Assembly: GCA_943788175.1 (NCBI GenBank)
Contig: CALSPG010000001.1
Location: 240,873 to 304,872 of the forward strand
Direction: 5' to 3'
Origin: an uncultured bacterium
GTDB taxonomy: Bacteria; Fidelibacterota; Marinisomatia; Marinisomatales; UBA1611
Length of the DNA: 64,000 nucleotides
Below the pieces are notes generated by a model. That model was not told the origin of the DNA and ran no database searches. It was given only the letters and a program-made list of their open reading frames with translations. How positions within the stretch are numbered: the stretch's first letter is position 1; each line of letters opens with the position of its first letter. The position numbers and the translations under genes are program-made. Shown one piece after another: positions 39,633-49,927 of this stretch.

Positions 39633-41300
39633 CTAGTTAAAAGCTCTAAAAACTTCTTTTCCATTGTATATTGTATTAAGAACTCTTGTTTTTAATATAT
39701 CATCGATTTTAATAGATGTTATATCTTTTGATAATACCACAAAATCGGCTAGCATGTCTTTTTGCAAAACTCCTATGTTTTTTTCACTAAATACTGCATA
39801 CGAATTATTATTTGTATAACAAGATATTGCTTCCTCAACTGTTAATTTTTGTTCCGGATTCCAGCCACCTGGATTGCTACCATCAATCGTTTTTCTTGAA
39901 ACAGCAGCATAGATTCCAAACAATGGGTTTAATGGTGTTACATCCCAATCAGATCCAAAAGTCAGGTTTACATTTTTATCTATAAATGTTTTAAAAATAT
40001 AAGTCCTTGACATCAAATCACTATTAATTCTTTTATGCATCCATCTAGTATCATCGATACAGCCATAAGGCTGCATTGATGGAATTATGTCATTGTTTAT
40101 AATTTTTTCAATTGCATCTTTGGTTAAATGTTGGGCGTGCTCAATGCGTATTCGTCTATCAATCAAACCATTGACTTTATTCAAATTCATAGATTGCTTT
40201 ATTATCCAATCATTTGCTTTATCTCCGATGGCATGGATTGCTAATTGAATGCCGTTTTTATCTAAATTTGTTATCATTTTCTTAAAGCTATTAGTGTCTT
40301 TTATACGCATGATACCATTTGTGTTTTTATCATCAAGATAATGGTTGTGCATCCATGCGGTTCGAGATCCAAGAGAACCATCTATCATTGCCTTTATTCC
40401 ATCCCACCTAAGTATGTTATCCCCTTTTCCATATTTATCAATCAAGTCAATTAGTTTTTCCCAATCCTCATACCATGTATAGGTTTTTATTCTCAAAGTT
40501 AATTTATCTTTATTTCTTCTAAACGTTTGTAAGTCATCCCAGGTCGCCATATCATGAATTTGAGTAATTCCTTGAGAGGATGCGTAATTCATAGAAGTTT
40601 TTAAAATACTGTCTTGTTCAGAGTGTGACTGCTTTGGAATGAGTTTTCGAACAATATCAATTGCTGTGTCTTTAAGTATACCAGTTGGAATTCCAGTATT
40701 TATATCTTTAACTATTTCACCCCCAACAGGGTTGGGGGTATTTTCATTTATATTTGCTTCTTCTAATGCTTTTGAGTTAGCAAGTGCCATGTGACCATCT
40801 ACCCTACTTACAAGAACTGGGTTATTATTTGTAAGACTATCTATCCAAGACTTGTTGGGTAGTGCTCCACCCCAGTTTTCATGGTCCCAATTACCACCTT
40901 GTAACCATAGACCATTATTAATATTTGGGATGTATTCTCTGAAAGCATTAATAAATTCATATTGAGTTAGTGAATTTTGGAGACTTATGTTATTTAATTT
41001 TGTTCCACCGTAAATAAAGTGAGTATGATTATCTATAAAGCCAGGAAGTAAAAAATTATTCTTTAAATCAATAAGTTTAGTATTACTACTTATTAAGTGA
41101 CTGTAATTATCGATACCTAATTCTAGGATGCGATTATTTTTTGTTGCTATATAATTTTGCCTTGTGTCTTCTTTGATACCAGTATAAATATTACCATTAA
41201 AATAAATTATGTCTGCTGTTTCGATGCTAGCGCATTTTAATAAAAAAAATGAGAACGTTAGAATTATCAAATTTTTAATATTAATAATATATTCCCCCAA
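39633..41300 (-). CDS. amidohydrolase-3 (YtcJ-like) lipoprotein; start uncertain
   Basis: LPGFIDNHTHFIYGG, AIHAIGD, RIEHAQH and FGSDW. A lipobox-like FFLLKC is present. The track start (TTG 41300) overlaps the upstream gene by 20 nt, and an internal TTG near 41270 is equally plausible. Confidence 0.85.
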   Translation of the reverse strand: MGEYIINIKNLIILTFSFFLLKCASIETADIIYFNGNIYTGIKEDTRQNYIATKNNRILELGIDNYSHLISSNTKLIDLKNNFLLPGFIDNHTHFIYGGTKLNNISLQNSLTQYEFINAFREYIPNINNGLWLQGGNWDHENWGGALPNKSWIDSLTNNNPVLVSRVDGHMALANSKALEEANINENTPNPVGGEIVKDINTGIPTGILKDTAIDIVRKLIPKQSHSEQDSILKTSMNYASSQGITQIHDMATWDDLQTFRRNKDKLTLRIKTYTWYEDWEKLIDLIDKYGKGDNILRWDGIKAMIDGSLGSRTAWMHNHYLDDKNTNGIMRIKDTNSFKKMITNLDKNGIQLAIHAIGDKANDWIIKQSMNLNKVNGLIDRRIRIEHAQHLTKDAIEKIINNDIIPSMQPYGCIDDTRWMHKRINSDLMSRTYIFKTFIDKNVNLTFGSDWDVTPLNPLFGIYAAVSRKTIDGSNPGGWNPEQKLTVEEAISCYTNNNSYAVFSEKNIGVLQKDMLADFVVLSKDITSIKIDDILKTRVLNTIYNGKEVFRAFN

Positions 41301-42453
41301 CTAATGAAAGTAGCCAGGCTGTAAATAAACCTGCATAAATACCTATTATATTACCAATTACACCCATTAATAAACCTACTGGTGCAAGAGACTTTTTATA
41401 AACAGTTGCAATAATAGGTGCACTAACGACACCACCAATATTTGCTTGACTGCTAGTTGCAATCAAAAACATTGGAGCTTTTAATAACCGTCCACCAAAA
41501 AATAAGATTATTGCATGAATAAATATCCAAAGTATGCCTACAGCAATATAATAAGGAAGGTCTCCAATTTGTGTGATATTGGCTTTTGCTCCAATTGTAC
41601 CTAAAAGTATGTATAAAAATAAATTTCCAACATGGGATGCCCCTGCATTATTTAAGTCTGATAGTCTAGTAAAAGATAAAGAAACACCAATTAGTGAAAC
41701 TAAAATTATTGTCCATCCAAAACTAGTAACTACTTTCCCTAAATCAGGGATTAGCTTGCCCAATTCTAAAGAAAGGAGCCCAAAAAATAAACTAACAACT
41801 ACGATTGTTAATAAATCGTTAAAAGAAGTAGGTCGTTTTGAATCTTCTGTGCTCATTTTTATATTTAAATCATCGATGATACGAGTATCAGCATCATTCC
41901 ATTTATCTATACTTTTTTGATGGCCTGATATTAAAATTACAATCCCCATCCAACCATACCCAACGACAGTATCAATAACAATCATATTTCCAAAAAGATT
42001 ATCGCTGGTGCCAATTGATTTACCGATAGCAACCATGTTTGCACTTCCACCTATCCAACTACCTGATAACGCCGCTAAGCCCATCCAGGCATCCTCTGGT
42101 AAAAAGCTTCCAAATACAAGTAGGGATATAGGACCACCTAAAACTATACCTAGTGTGCCAAAAAGCATTGTGCCAATAGCCTTAGATCCAAGAGTTGAAA
42201 GAATCTTTATATTTGAAGATAATAGCAATAATATAAGAGCTGGAGGCAATAAGTATTTTGAAGTCCACGAATAGATAGGAGAAGCAGTTGGTATTATTCC
42301 AATACCTGAGCTTAGCATCGGTAAAAAGTATATCCATATTATTGGAGGAGCGTATTTAAAAACTTTTTCTAAAGCGCTTATCGACTTTAGGTAGTGTATT
42401 AAACCTATTAAACTAACGATATAAATAAATATTGCATTTGGATCTTTTATCAT
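41281..42453 (-). CDS. DUF819-family integral membrane protein
   Basis: 390 aa, polytopic. LSGSWIGGSANMVA and ATSSQANIGG resemble DUF819 (YjcL-like) motifs as I recall them. Confidence 0.65.
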   Translation of the reverse strand: MIKDPNAIFIYIVSLIGLIHYLKSISALEKVFKYAPPIIWIYFLPMLSSGIGIIPTASPIYSWTSKYLLPPALILLLLSSNIKILSTLGSKAIGTMLFGTLGIVLGGPISLLVFGSFLPEDAWMGLAALSGSWIGGSANMVAIGKSIGTSDNLFGNMIVIDTVVGYGWMGIVILISGHQKSIDKWNDADTRIIDDLNIKMSTEDSKRPTSFNDLLTIVVVSLFFGLLSLELGKLIPDLGKVVTSFGWTIILVSLIGVSLSFTRLSDLNNAGASHVGNLFLYILLGTIGAKANITQIGDLPYYIAVGILWIFIHAIILFFGGRLLKAPMFLIATSSQANIGGVVSAPIIATVYKKSLAPVGLLMGVIGNIIGIYAGLFTAWLLSLVGGIYY

Positions 42454-42522
42454 TTTAGGAAAAAAATAAATAGTTCATTAAATAATTACGATAATTTGAC
42501 AGAAAAAACAGTACTTTTAAGA

Positions 42523-44253
42523 TTAATTAAGAAAACAAGAATTAAAAAAATCAATCATTTTAGGTTTTGTATATGGAAGTGATTTAATGAAAGATTCAAC
42601 ATCGGATCCTGAAACCACCTCAGCTTCTTTCAGACACTCTATTGCTTTATCAGACTTACCAAGTTTAAAATAACATGCGGACAAATAAAATAAATTCTGT
42701 TGCATTAATTTTACTTTTCTAAAGCTTTCTATAGCTTTCTCATAATTTTCAAGCCAAAAATAACACATTCCTTCCTCCACATATAAAATATCATGAGAAA
42801 ATGGGTCTAACCTTGTAGCCCTATTAAGCTCCTTTAGTGCGCTTTCTATATCACCGGTGTATATTAAAACTAATGCATACCTAGAAATAATATAAACATC
42901 ACTTGGGCATAAATCTTTTGCTTTTTCGAGATGATAAATGCCTAATTCAATATCTTTTTCAAAAAAGAATTTTATAGATCCCATAACACGATGAGCTTCA
43001 GGGTCATTAGAATCTAGTTCTAGTGCTTTATACGCTGATGCGATTGCAGATTTAAATAATGCTGAATCTGGTTTAGTTTCCCAATCAGATAAATTTCCCA
43101 ATGAGCATGCTCTCCATGCATGAGCGCGAGCGTAGTTAGGATCAAGGTCTATAGCTTTCTCAAAAAACTTTACAGCATTTTCAGTATTTTTTTTTATTAC
43201 ATTCCCTTTTCTAGCATAGTCTAATCCTTTTAATACTAACTCATAAGCTCCCATATTTTCAGGCCTTTTTGATTTAATATTCTCTAGCGCATCTGATTCT
43301 ACTCTACCAACAATAGTGGAGACAATCTGCTCTGCTATTTGATCTTGAACGTCAAATACTTCATCAATAGACAAATCATAATTGTTCGTCCAAAGCGATT
43401 TTTTATTTTCAGTTGAAACAAGTTGCGCATTTATTCTCATTTTTTTTCCTAACCTTCTTACGCTCCCATTAATGACGTACTTAACACCGAGTTCCTTTCC
43501 AATTTCTGAAAAATCTTTACTTTTATTCCTATAGGCAAAACTAGCATGACTTGAAATAACTACAAGCTTATTAAATCTTGAAAGCATGGAAAGAAGATCT
43601 TCACAAAATCCCTCGCAAAAATATTCTTGTTCCTCGTCATTACTTAAATTTTTAAACATCATTACGGCAACAGACCCTGGTTCAACTTCTTTTACTTCTT
43701 TTTGTATCTTATCAGAATCTTGAGTAAACCTAGGTGTTCCTTTATTTTCCAAAACATGAAAAGCCTTAATTGGGAATTCGATATTTTTTAAATCTAATTG
43801 ACCAGCATCTTCAAACGAGACCATAATTTTACGATTAATCATATCAAAAACTGTTTGAGATACACAAATACCTGATGGCTTGGCTGCAGCTTCGAGTCTG
43901 GCAGCTATGTTGACGGCATCACCGAATAAGTTGTTTTCTGTTATCATTACATCGCCTATATTAATTCCGACTCTAAAAATCATAGTTTCAGAATCCTCCA
44001 ACCCATGATTCATCGTTTTCATTTTTAGTTGAGTATCTACTGCTGCCTGAGCAGCTTTTATTGGACTAGCGAATTCAGCAATTACACTATCGCCTGCACT
44101 GCCAAAGATGATTCCGTCATGATCATCAATAATCTTATCAATCACCTTTCTCCTTTCTTTAAGGATCTTTAATGTATTGACTTCATCTGTACCCATCATT
44201 TTACTAAAGCCTACTACGTCTGAAGCAAAAATTGTAGCTAATTTTCTATCCAT
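42523..44253 (-). CDS. class III adenylate/guanylate cyclase fused to a TolB-N-like segment and TPR repeats
   Basis: TIFASDVVGFSKMM, GSAGDSVIAEF, FRVGINIGDVM and LFGDAVNIAARLE. VAVMMFKNLSNDEEQEYFCEGFCEDL follows, then several TPR-like helices. Confidence 0.88.
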   Translation of the reverse strand: MDRKLATIFASDVVGFSKMMGTDEVNTLKILKERRKVIDKIIDDHDGIIFGSAGDSVIAEFASPIKAAQAAVDTQLKMKTMNHGLEDSETMIFRVGINIGDVMITENNLFGDAVNIAARLEAAAKPSGICVSQTVFDMINRKIMVSFEDAGQLDLKNIEFPIKAFHVLENKGTPRFTQDSDKIQKEVKEVEPGSVAVMMFKNLSNDEEQEYFCEGFCEDLLSMLSRFNKLVVISSHASFAYRNKSKDFSEIGKELGVKYVINGSVRRLGKKMRINAQLVSTENKKSLWTNNYDLSIDEVFDVQDQIAEQIVSTIVGRVESDALENIKSKRPENMGAYELVLKGLDYARKGNVIKKNTENAVKFFEKAIDLDPNYARAHAWRACSLGNLSDWETKPDSALFKSAIASAYKALELDSNDPEAHRVMGSIKFFFEKDIELGIYHLEKAKDLCPSDVYIISRYALVLIYTGDIESALKELNRATRLDPFSHDILYVEEGMCYFWLENYEKAIESFRKVKLMQQNLFYLSACYFKLGKSDKAIECLKEAEVVSGSDVESFIKSLPYTKPKMIDFFNSCFLN

Positions 44254-44292
44254 GTAATACCATTCCTATACATTGATTATTTGTCAAAAGTT

Positions 44293-44604
44293 TTAATGCG
44301 TGTTTTTATTATTTTTATTATGCCAGTGCCCATGCTCAACAGACCATATTTTACCATTAGGGGCATCACCTTTAGGTCTTTTTAAATTTCCTGTCTTTTC
44401 CGAAAAAGGTTTTGGTGATAAACCAGATGAAGCATTAGAAGAATTAAATTTTGTACTACCAAAGAAAAAAATCGTAACTATACCTAACGAAATAACAGCA
44501 AGGTATACCAATTGAGCAGATTGGCTATTTTTTTTCAATTGGTGACACTGTTTATACTTTTTCCCACTTCCACAGTTACATACTTCGTTACGACCAATTT
44601 TCAT
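44293..44604 (-). CDS. small SEC-C-motif membrane protein with a C-terminal His cluster
   Basis: The SEC-C zinc motif is CNCGSGKKYKQCH. A TM helix (LVYLAVISLGIVTIFFF) follows, and the tail reads KIWSVEHGHWHNKNNKNTH. Confidence 0.7.
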   Translation of the reverse strand: MKIGRNEVCNCGSGKKYKQCHQLKKNSQSAQLVYLAVISLGIVTIFFFGSTKFNSSNASSGLSPKPFSEKTGNLKRPKGDAPNGKIWSVEHGHWHNKNNKNTH

Positions 44605-44820
44605 AATATCATATTCCTTTCAAAGTTTAATCCTAAACTGATTTACTAACAATATTAAAAGACAATAGCTCATTGAAATAATAATTAGCGACATAATAAG
44701 TCTCAAATATTGCATGATTTATTTAATGAAATTTTGATTTAGTTCTCATATCATTCATAGTAGCATAAAACTTTATTATAATCCATTAATACTAGCCTCA
44801 TGTAGCATCTATAATCATAT

Positions 44821-46965
44821 TTATTTTATTAAATTATTTGACGTTACACTGTAACTAGAATGAAGATTCTTTTTAATATCATTAATATTACTCCAAACTG
44901 GTTTCATTTTTTTCTCTGAAAATAATTTTGATTGATTATTAAAAAATTTTGAATTTTTATCATTTGTACTAGATCCGAATTGATGAATAGACTTTGCGCT
45001 TACTTTCCCTTCCGGGCTCCATTCAACTATTTGAACATAACAGTCACCAACTTTTGCAACCATCCTGCCATCTTCCCAAGTTGAATATATAGCTCTCATA
45101 TTTCCAGGACCACCATCGAGCGGATAGCTAACATCACCTCTTATTAGACGCTGTACTTGTCCAAGGGGAACATCAAACCTTCCAAAACTACTTTTTAATT
45201 TAGAAATAGATTCTTTTAAATTTTTAGTAATTTGAGTAAGATCATGCTCGTAGTTAGAAATATCAAACTCAAGGGGGAATGTAAGAATCGCTAATGCAGC
45301 AGCTCTATTATCAAAGTCTGTTCTTAAATTCCAATTTTTTAGCAAGTCCACAGCTGCTAATAATTCTAAATCTTCAGTTTTAAAGTCTTCAATAAAACTA
45401 TCAATAGCAAATGCCATTACTGAATTTTTTGCATACTGATTATCAAATTTATAATTATAAAATTCACTTCTACTAATTTTACGATCTCCTCCGTAAAGTT
45501 TTATAGCTCTAAGCGATCTATTTGTTTGATGAGTCTCAATACCGGCATCCTTTGTGATACCCTTTGAGGTTATCTCTTCAAGAAAACCCGTAGCTAAAAA
45601 TGGGTTGGCATTACAATTTTGGAAATACCCAGAAGGTGGATTTGTAGTTTGAGGAAGATTTTGAAATTTTATATATTCATTCCAGTTGGTTTTAGATGTG
45701 TTACCCTTAACAATTTGATTCCAATTATAGCCCTTACTCCTTTTTGGTATTAGTGCATTATATACATAAAAGATATTTCCTTCTTTATCAGCATACCCAG
45801 TGTTGTACATTGGTAGCGCCTGCATTTCCATAGCACTTTTAAATTCTTTCATGTTCTTTGATTTATTCATTCTATAAAACTGCTCTACAGTCCTCATTTC
45901 ATTTATTCCTGCATATTTTATTGCGTACGTACCATGTGATTGTTTCAATACAGGTCCATGAATAGATTTATATACTTTCTTTTTAACTGTCCACTTAAAA
46001 GGCCCGAGAATCTTTATTTTTAATTTTATTTCTCTAGAATCTAAATTTTTCCATTCTCCATCATAAAAATATTGATTTTCATTTAATGGATTTATTTCCA
46101 ATTCGTAAATATCAATTAAATCAGGGTTATTGGAGGTAAAAGACCAACCAATATTTTCATTATGACCATGATTTACCAAAGGCGAACCTGGAAATAGTCC
46201 ACCAGTCATATTTAGACCATCTTCGCTATGTATTTGCGCTTCATACCATGCTGTCGGACCGCTCCATGGTTGATGTGTATTTAATAAAAGTCTAGTATAT
46301 CCATCCTCGGATTTAATAGGTGCAACTGCGATAACATTACTACCAATTAAATCAATATTCAGAGGATCAAAATCATCATTTTTAGAATTAATATTTGAAG
46401 AAAAGCTTGGTTTACTACTTTTAAATAATTTACCTAAAACTTTTTCTATACCGTATAAATAAGGAATTTGATACATCCATCCAGCAATGATGTCCTTCCC
46501 CGTTAGCGGAAATAATTCTTTTTCTACCTCTTGTTGATGTTCAAATGCATATTTATTAATGCCCTGAGCATATGCTTCACAAATAAGCTTAATATGTTCA
46601 GGAATTTCATCATCATAACGGTTATTTATATCCTCCCAAACGCCAATAAGTTCAACATAATAGTCAACAGGTGAAAATTTAACTCCATACTTGGCGCCAA
46701 GCATACCTCTAGCACCCAATAGAAGATCTTGAATAGTTTTAAAATCATCCTCTGCATGTGCGAATGCAAGTCCGAAGACAGCATCCGCATCTGTTTTTCC
46801 AAAAATATGAGGTACGCCCATAATATCTCTATATATATCTGCTGAAAAAGTTCTAGTTGAGTTATCTACTTTACTTGTCATAAAAGGAGCCATAGAGCTA
46901 CATGAATAAACACTAAACAGAATAAAAACCAATATTATATGAATTCGATTTATTATTTGTATCAA
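44821..46965 (-). CDS. penicillin/acyl-homoserine-lactone acylase family (Ntn hydrolase S45)
   Basis: It has a signal or lipobox (SVYSC). IYRDIMGVPHIFGKTDADAVFGLAFAHAEDD is present, and the putative nucleophile context is LIGSNVIAVAP. Confidence 0.82.
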   Translation of the reverse strand: MIQIINRIHIILVFILFSVYSCSSMAPFMTSKVDNSTRTFSADIYRDIMGVPHIFGKTDADAVFGLAFAHAEDDFKTIQDLLLGARGMLGAKYGVKFSPVDYYVELIGVWEDINNRYDDEIPEHIKLICEAYAQGINKYAFEHQQEVEKELFPLTGKDIIAGWMYQIPYLYGIEKVLGKLFKSSKPSFSSNINSKNDDFDPLNIDLIGSNVIAVAPIKSEDGYTRLLLNTHQPWSGPTAWYEAQIHSEDGLNMTGGLFPGSPLVNHGHNENIGWSFTSNNPDLIDIYELEINPLNENQYFYDGEWKNLDSREIKLKIKILGPFKWTVKKKVYKSIHGPVLKQSHGTYAIKYAGINEMRTVEQFYRMNKSKNMKEFKSAMEMQALPMYNTGYADKEGNIFYVYNALIPKRSKGYNWNQIVKGNTSKTNWNEYIKFQNLPQTTNPPSGYFQNCNANPFLATGFLEEITSKGITKDAGIETHQTNRSLRAIKLYGGDRKISRSEFYNYKFDNQYAKNSVMAFAIDSFIEDFKTEDLELLAAVDLLKNWNLRTDFDNRAAALAILTFPLEFDISNYEHDLTQITKNLKESISKLKSSFGRFDVPLGQVQRLIRGDVSYPLDGGPGNMRAIYSTWEDGRMVAKVGDCYVQIVEWSPEGKVSAKSIHQFGSSTNDKNSKFFNNQSKLFSEKKMKPVWSNINDIKKNLHSSYSVTSNNLIK

Positions 46966-46978
46966 AGCGTAAACACTC

Positions 46979-47920
46979 CTAACTATTTAAATTTGATTTC
47001 ATTCTATTTTTTAAAAACAAGACTATGCTATTTACTTGATTTTTATTTGATGCGGTAAAAGTTGTTAAATATTTATTATTTATATTAATTCTATAACCTA
47101 AAATGCTATTACCTCTTAGATTTACGTTGTAAATAGAATCGTATGGAATAATTACTAGTTTTTTATTTAAGGTTTTTAATACCCTTATATCTTTTTCAGT
47201 AAAAAGAGTGCCAGTTTTCTTTAACCACCTGTTAAAATAAAATAAAATTACGTCAGAGAGTTCTAATTGATAGTTTTTACTTAAACTATCCATAAACCAA
47301 AATGGATTGAAAAAATACCTGTCATTGTGCTCAAGATTATCTTTTAGCAAGCGGGTATCACGCTCAAGCTTAATTTGATGCCTATAAAATAGACTTAAAC
47401 TATCTTTATCTGGGAATTTTTGACCATTAAATGGACTAATCAATAAATTAGAAATTGAATTAAAAAATTTAATATTATCATAAACAATTAGATTTATATC
47501 TGATATGTCAAAGATATATCGGATTTCATTATTATTTTTTGGTCTTAAACCAATTACCAAAGTATCCTCGGTTAATATTTCCATTAAAAGTAATTCGGGA
47601 TTAGGACAATATGAACTTTTACCATCTTTTGACATAGGCCAATTGCCCTCATAGAAACCGTACTTATTTAAGTTGTAATAAATATTTGCATTAGAAGTAT
47701 TAGCAAATTCACCCCAATTGATAATAAGACTAAGGTCATTACCATTTATATAAATTGTTATTTCACCTCTGACTCGAGATGAGAAGACTCTCTCTTCGTT
47801 AGAACTATTTTTTTTTAATGTTAATATCTTATCATCAATGACATTCTTTTTCCAACTAAAGTTCATAGAAAACAAAAATTCTACAAATACAAGAAGTGCT
47901 ATAAAAAAAATATTATTCAA
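46979..47920 (-). CDS. hypothetical secreted protein
   Basis: 313-aa ORF with a signal-like N-terminus, 14 nt downstream of the acylase... correction: its stop lies 14 nt upstream of the acylase start on the same strand. No motif recognised. Confidence 0.5.
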   Translation of the reverse strand: MNNIFFIALLVFVEFLFSMNFSWKKNVIDDKILTLKKNSSNEERVFSSRVRGEITIYINGNDLSLIINWGEFANTSNANIYYNLNKYGFYEGNWPMSKDGKSSYCPNPELLLMEILTEDTLVIGLRPKNNNEIRYIFDISDINLIVYDNIKFFNSISNLLISPFNGQKFPDKDSLSLFYRHQIKLERDTRLLKDNLEHNDRYFFNPFWFMDSLSKNYQLELSDVILFYFNRWLKKTGTLFTEKDIRVLKTLNKKLVIIPYDSIYNVNLRGNSILGYRININNKYLTTFTASNKNQVNSIVLFLKNRMKSNLNS

Positions 47921-47928
47921 GATATGAT

Positions 47929-47957
47929 AAAAAAAATCCCCGCATAGCAGGGATTTG
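47929..47957 (-). terminator. rho-independent terminator after the 47977..48708 gene
   Basis: The reverse strand reads AAATCCC-TGCTATGCG-GGGATTTTTTTT. Confidence 0.6.
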
Positions 47958-47976
47958 ATTAGAAAAAATTAAATAT

Positions 47977-48708
47977 CTATTGCAACGACAAATAGAAGCT
48001 AACGCAAGAAGAATCGGTATTAAACCAAGAGCCTTCAAGATTCACATTCCCACTTACATTATCGATAGAATACGTAAATGTTCTTTCGATAGTTGATTTG
48101 AAGCTACCATATTCTAGGTTATTGCAAGCATCAACATCAGTAATGTACGAAGGATTATCAAAAGAGTTGACGCATACAGAATCCATTTTTACAGTAACGG
48201 TTGAGTTAGCCTCATTAGAAGTCCAAGTGCCAGTTATAGCCGCACTTTGGCTGCATTCAGTTGTCTCAATATTATACTGATTATGTTCGTAATAGTTATT
48301 GCAGAACTCTATTGGTGTATAATCATAATATTCGTAATAAGAGTCACTACAACCTTCGCTATTACTCCATGTGCCATAATAGTCCTCACACTCATATTTT
48401 AGGTTTACGCTTTGATCAAAAAACAATTGCAAGCTCCCATCTGATAATAACCAAAGATTATAGTTATCTATGTATGAATCAGTAAGGACATTTGAAGTGC
48501 TATCTTCTGTTTTTACGCAACTAGAAAAAGAACTAATAGAATCAGCGTACCAATCACCAATAATTGGGTTTTCAGTCTGAGAATCTCCATCAGCATCCCA
48601 GAGATCATCAATTTGCTCTTCGCAGCTAGAAAAGAATACCGCCATGAACACCGCCATAGACGATAATAATAAAGAGCGAATTTTAAATAATTTGGATATT
48701 ATTTCCAT
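47977..48708 (-). CDS. hypothetical Cys-, Tyr- and acid-rich lipoprotein
   Basis: It has a signal plus lipobox (VFFSSC). Multiple Cys residues are spaced through an acidic, Tyr-rich sequence. Confidence 0.55.
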   Translation of the reverse strand: MEIISKLFKIRSLLLSSMAVFMAVFFSSCEEQIDDLWDADGDSQTENPIIGDWYADSISSFSSCVKTEDSTSNVLTDSYIDNYNLWLLSDGSLQLFFDQSVNLKYECEDYYGTWSNSEGCSDSYYEYYDYTPIEFCNNYYEHNQYNIETTECSQSAAITGTWTSNEANSTVTVKMDSVCVNSFDNPSYITDVDACNNLEYGSFKSTIERTFTYSIDNVSGNVNLEGSWFNTDSSCVSFYLSLQ

Positions 48709-48809
48709 AATATTCTCCTAAAAAGTAAATATTTATAATAATTATTCAGATTGTACTATAAATATACCTAAAAAAAATTAATATTAGATATATAAACAAA
48801 AAATTAATA

Positions 48810-49493
48810 CTACAATAAGTGTGCGTTCATTTCTCGAATGAATTTCTTTTTATCATCATTATCGTTATCAAAAGTTGCGCCTATTATATTTTGGCCGTTT
48901 TTTCCTTTAATTAACAAAGCTCCGCTTGATATTTTCATTTCTTTCAATATTAACACTCGTTCCTTAGAAAGTCTATCAAAGTCAAAATAGTTTTTACTAT
49001 AATAATTAGATAACATCATAATATCTAATATTAGACTTATGGAGCTTTCTTTATCTAATTCAAAACTTTTCATCCATTTGTAGTATAAAAACAAGAAAAC
49101 TTCATAATTAAAATATAATTCACTAGAATCCTTACGCGTTTTCCAGTATTTCCGATGATCATTATAGAAAACCATTCTATTTGATAACTCTAACTTATTT
49201 AAATCGTTTTCTTTCAAAAAAGAATTACTACTCAACGCGGTTTTTCTAACACGCGTCTCTAATTCATAAAACTTAGTTATTTGATTTATTTGTGCTTTAG
49301 ATTTTCTTATAGCATCTTCTGGGGTTATCGTAAAGCACTTAACAAGGTTTAGCTGAATCATCCCGAAAAATATCCAATCATTTTTAGTTATAATTTTTTT
49401 GTCAATAAAAGATTGAAGTTCGGGGAAATACAATCTGAGTTTTAATCTTATTTCCCTAATAATTTCTCTTTCTACTATTCTTGATGTTTTCAT
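48810..49493 (-). CDS. hypothetical cytoplasmic protein
   Basis: 227-aa ORF. Its start lies immediately next to the stop of the 52-aa ORF upstream. No motif recognised. Confidence 0.5.
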   Translation of the reverse strand: MKTSRIVEREIIREIRLKLRLYFPELQSFIDKKIITKNDWIFFGMIQLNLVKCFTITPEDAIRKSKAQINQITKFYELETRVRKTALSSNSFLKENDLNKLELSNRMVFYNDHRKYWKTRKDSSELYFNYEVFLFLYYKWMKSFELDKESSISLILDIMMLSNYYSKNYFDFDRLSKERVLILKEMKISSGALLIKGKNGQNIIGATFDNDNDDKKKFIREMNAHLL

Positions 49494-49494
49494 G

Positions 49495-49653
49495 TTACAA
49501 CTCTAAGTCAATAGTTTCTAAAGAATCTGGCTCAGATATAACTCTATTGTAATTTTCATAAAAAGACAAATCTACATTTGTTAAAATAAAAATTATTAAA
49601 ACGAAAATGATGACGATGAATAAAATATATGTATAGTTACTGTTTTTTTTCAT
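49495..49653 (-). CDS. hypothetical 52-aa single-pass membrane peptide (not in the ORF track)
   Basis: My translation is MKKNSNYTYILFIVIIFVLIIFILTNVDLSFYENYNRVISEPDSLETIDLEL. Its TAA (49495-49497) is 1 nt from the ATG of the next gene. Confidence 0.35.
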   Translation of the reverse strand: MKKNSNYTYILFIVIIFVLIIFILTNVDLSFYENYNRVISEPDSLETIDLEL

Positions 49654-49680
49654 ATAGTCTAATTATTTACGTTTTGATAA

Positions 49681-49887
49681 TCATATTTTAAAAAAAAACT
49701 TTCGTAGTAACTTAAAAAGGAATTTTAAAGTTGATGTTACTATTTCTTGTTTTATATAAGGATTTGAGTAAAAAAACTTTCCTCGCTTGAATATCATACT
49801 GAGTTCTTTTCGATTTAAACTTATAAACCTATATATATACCAAAACACATAGGCGACTATTACGAAAATGATTATTCTTAAATACAT
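49681..49887 (-). CDS. hypothetical 68-aa membrane peptide
   Basis: It has a TM helix (IIIFVIVAYVFWYIY) followed by a basic tail. Confidence 0.3.
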   Translation of the reverse strand: MYLRIIIFVIVAYVFWYIYRFISLNRKELSMIFKRGKFFYSNPYIKQEIVTSTLKFLFKLLRKFFFKI

Positions 49888-49927
49888 AGTCTGACACTAA
49901 AAGCATTATAAAATATTTCAAGTATAA

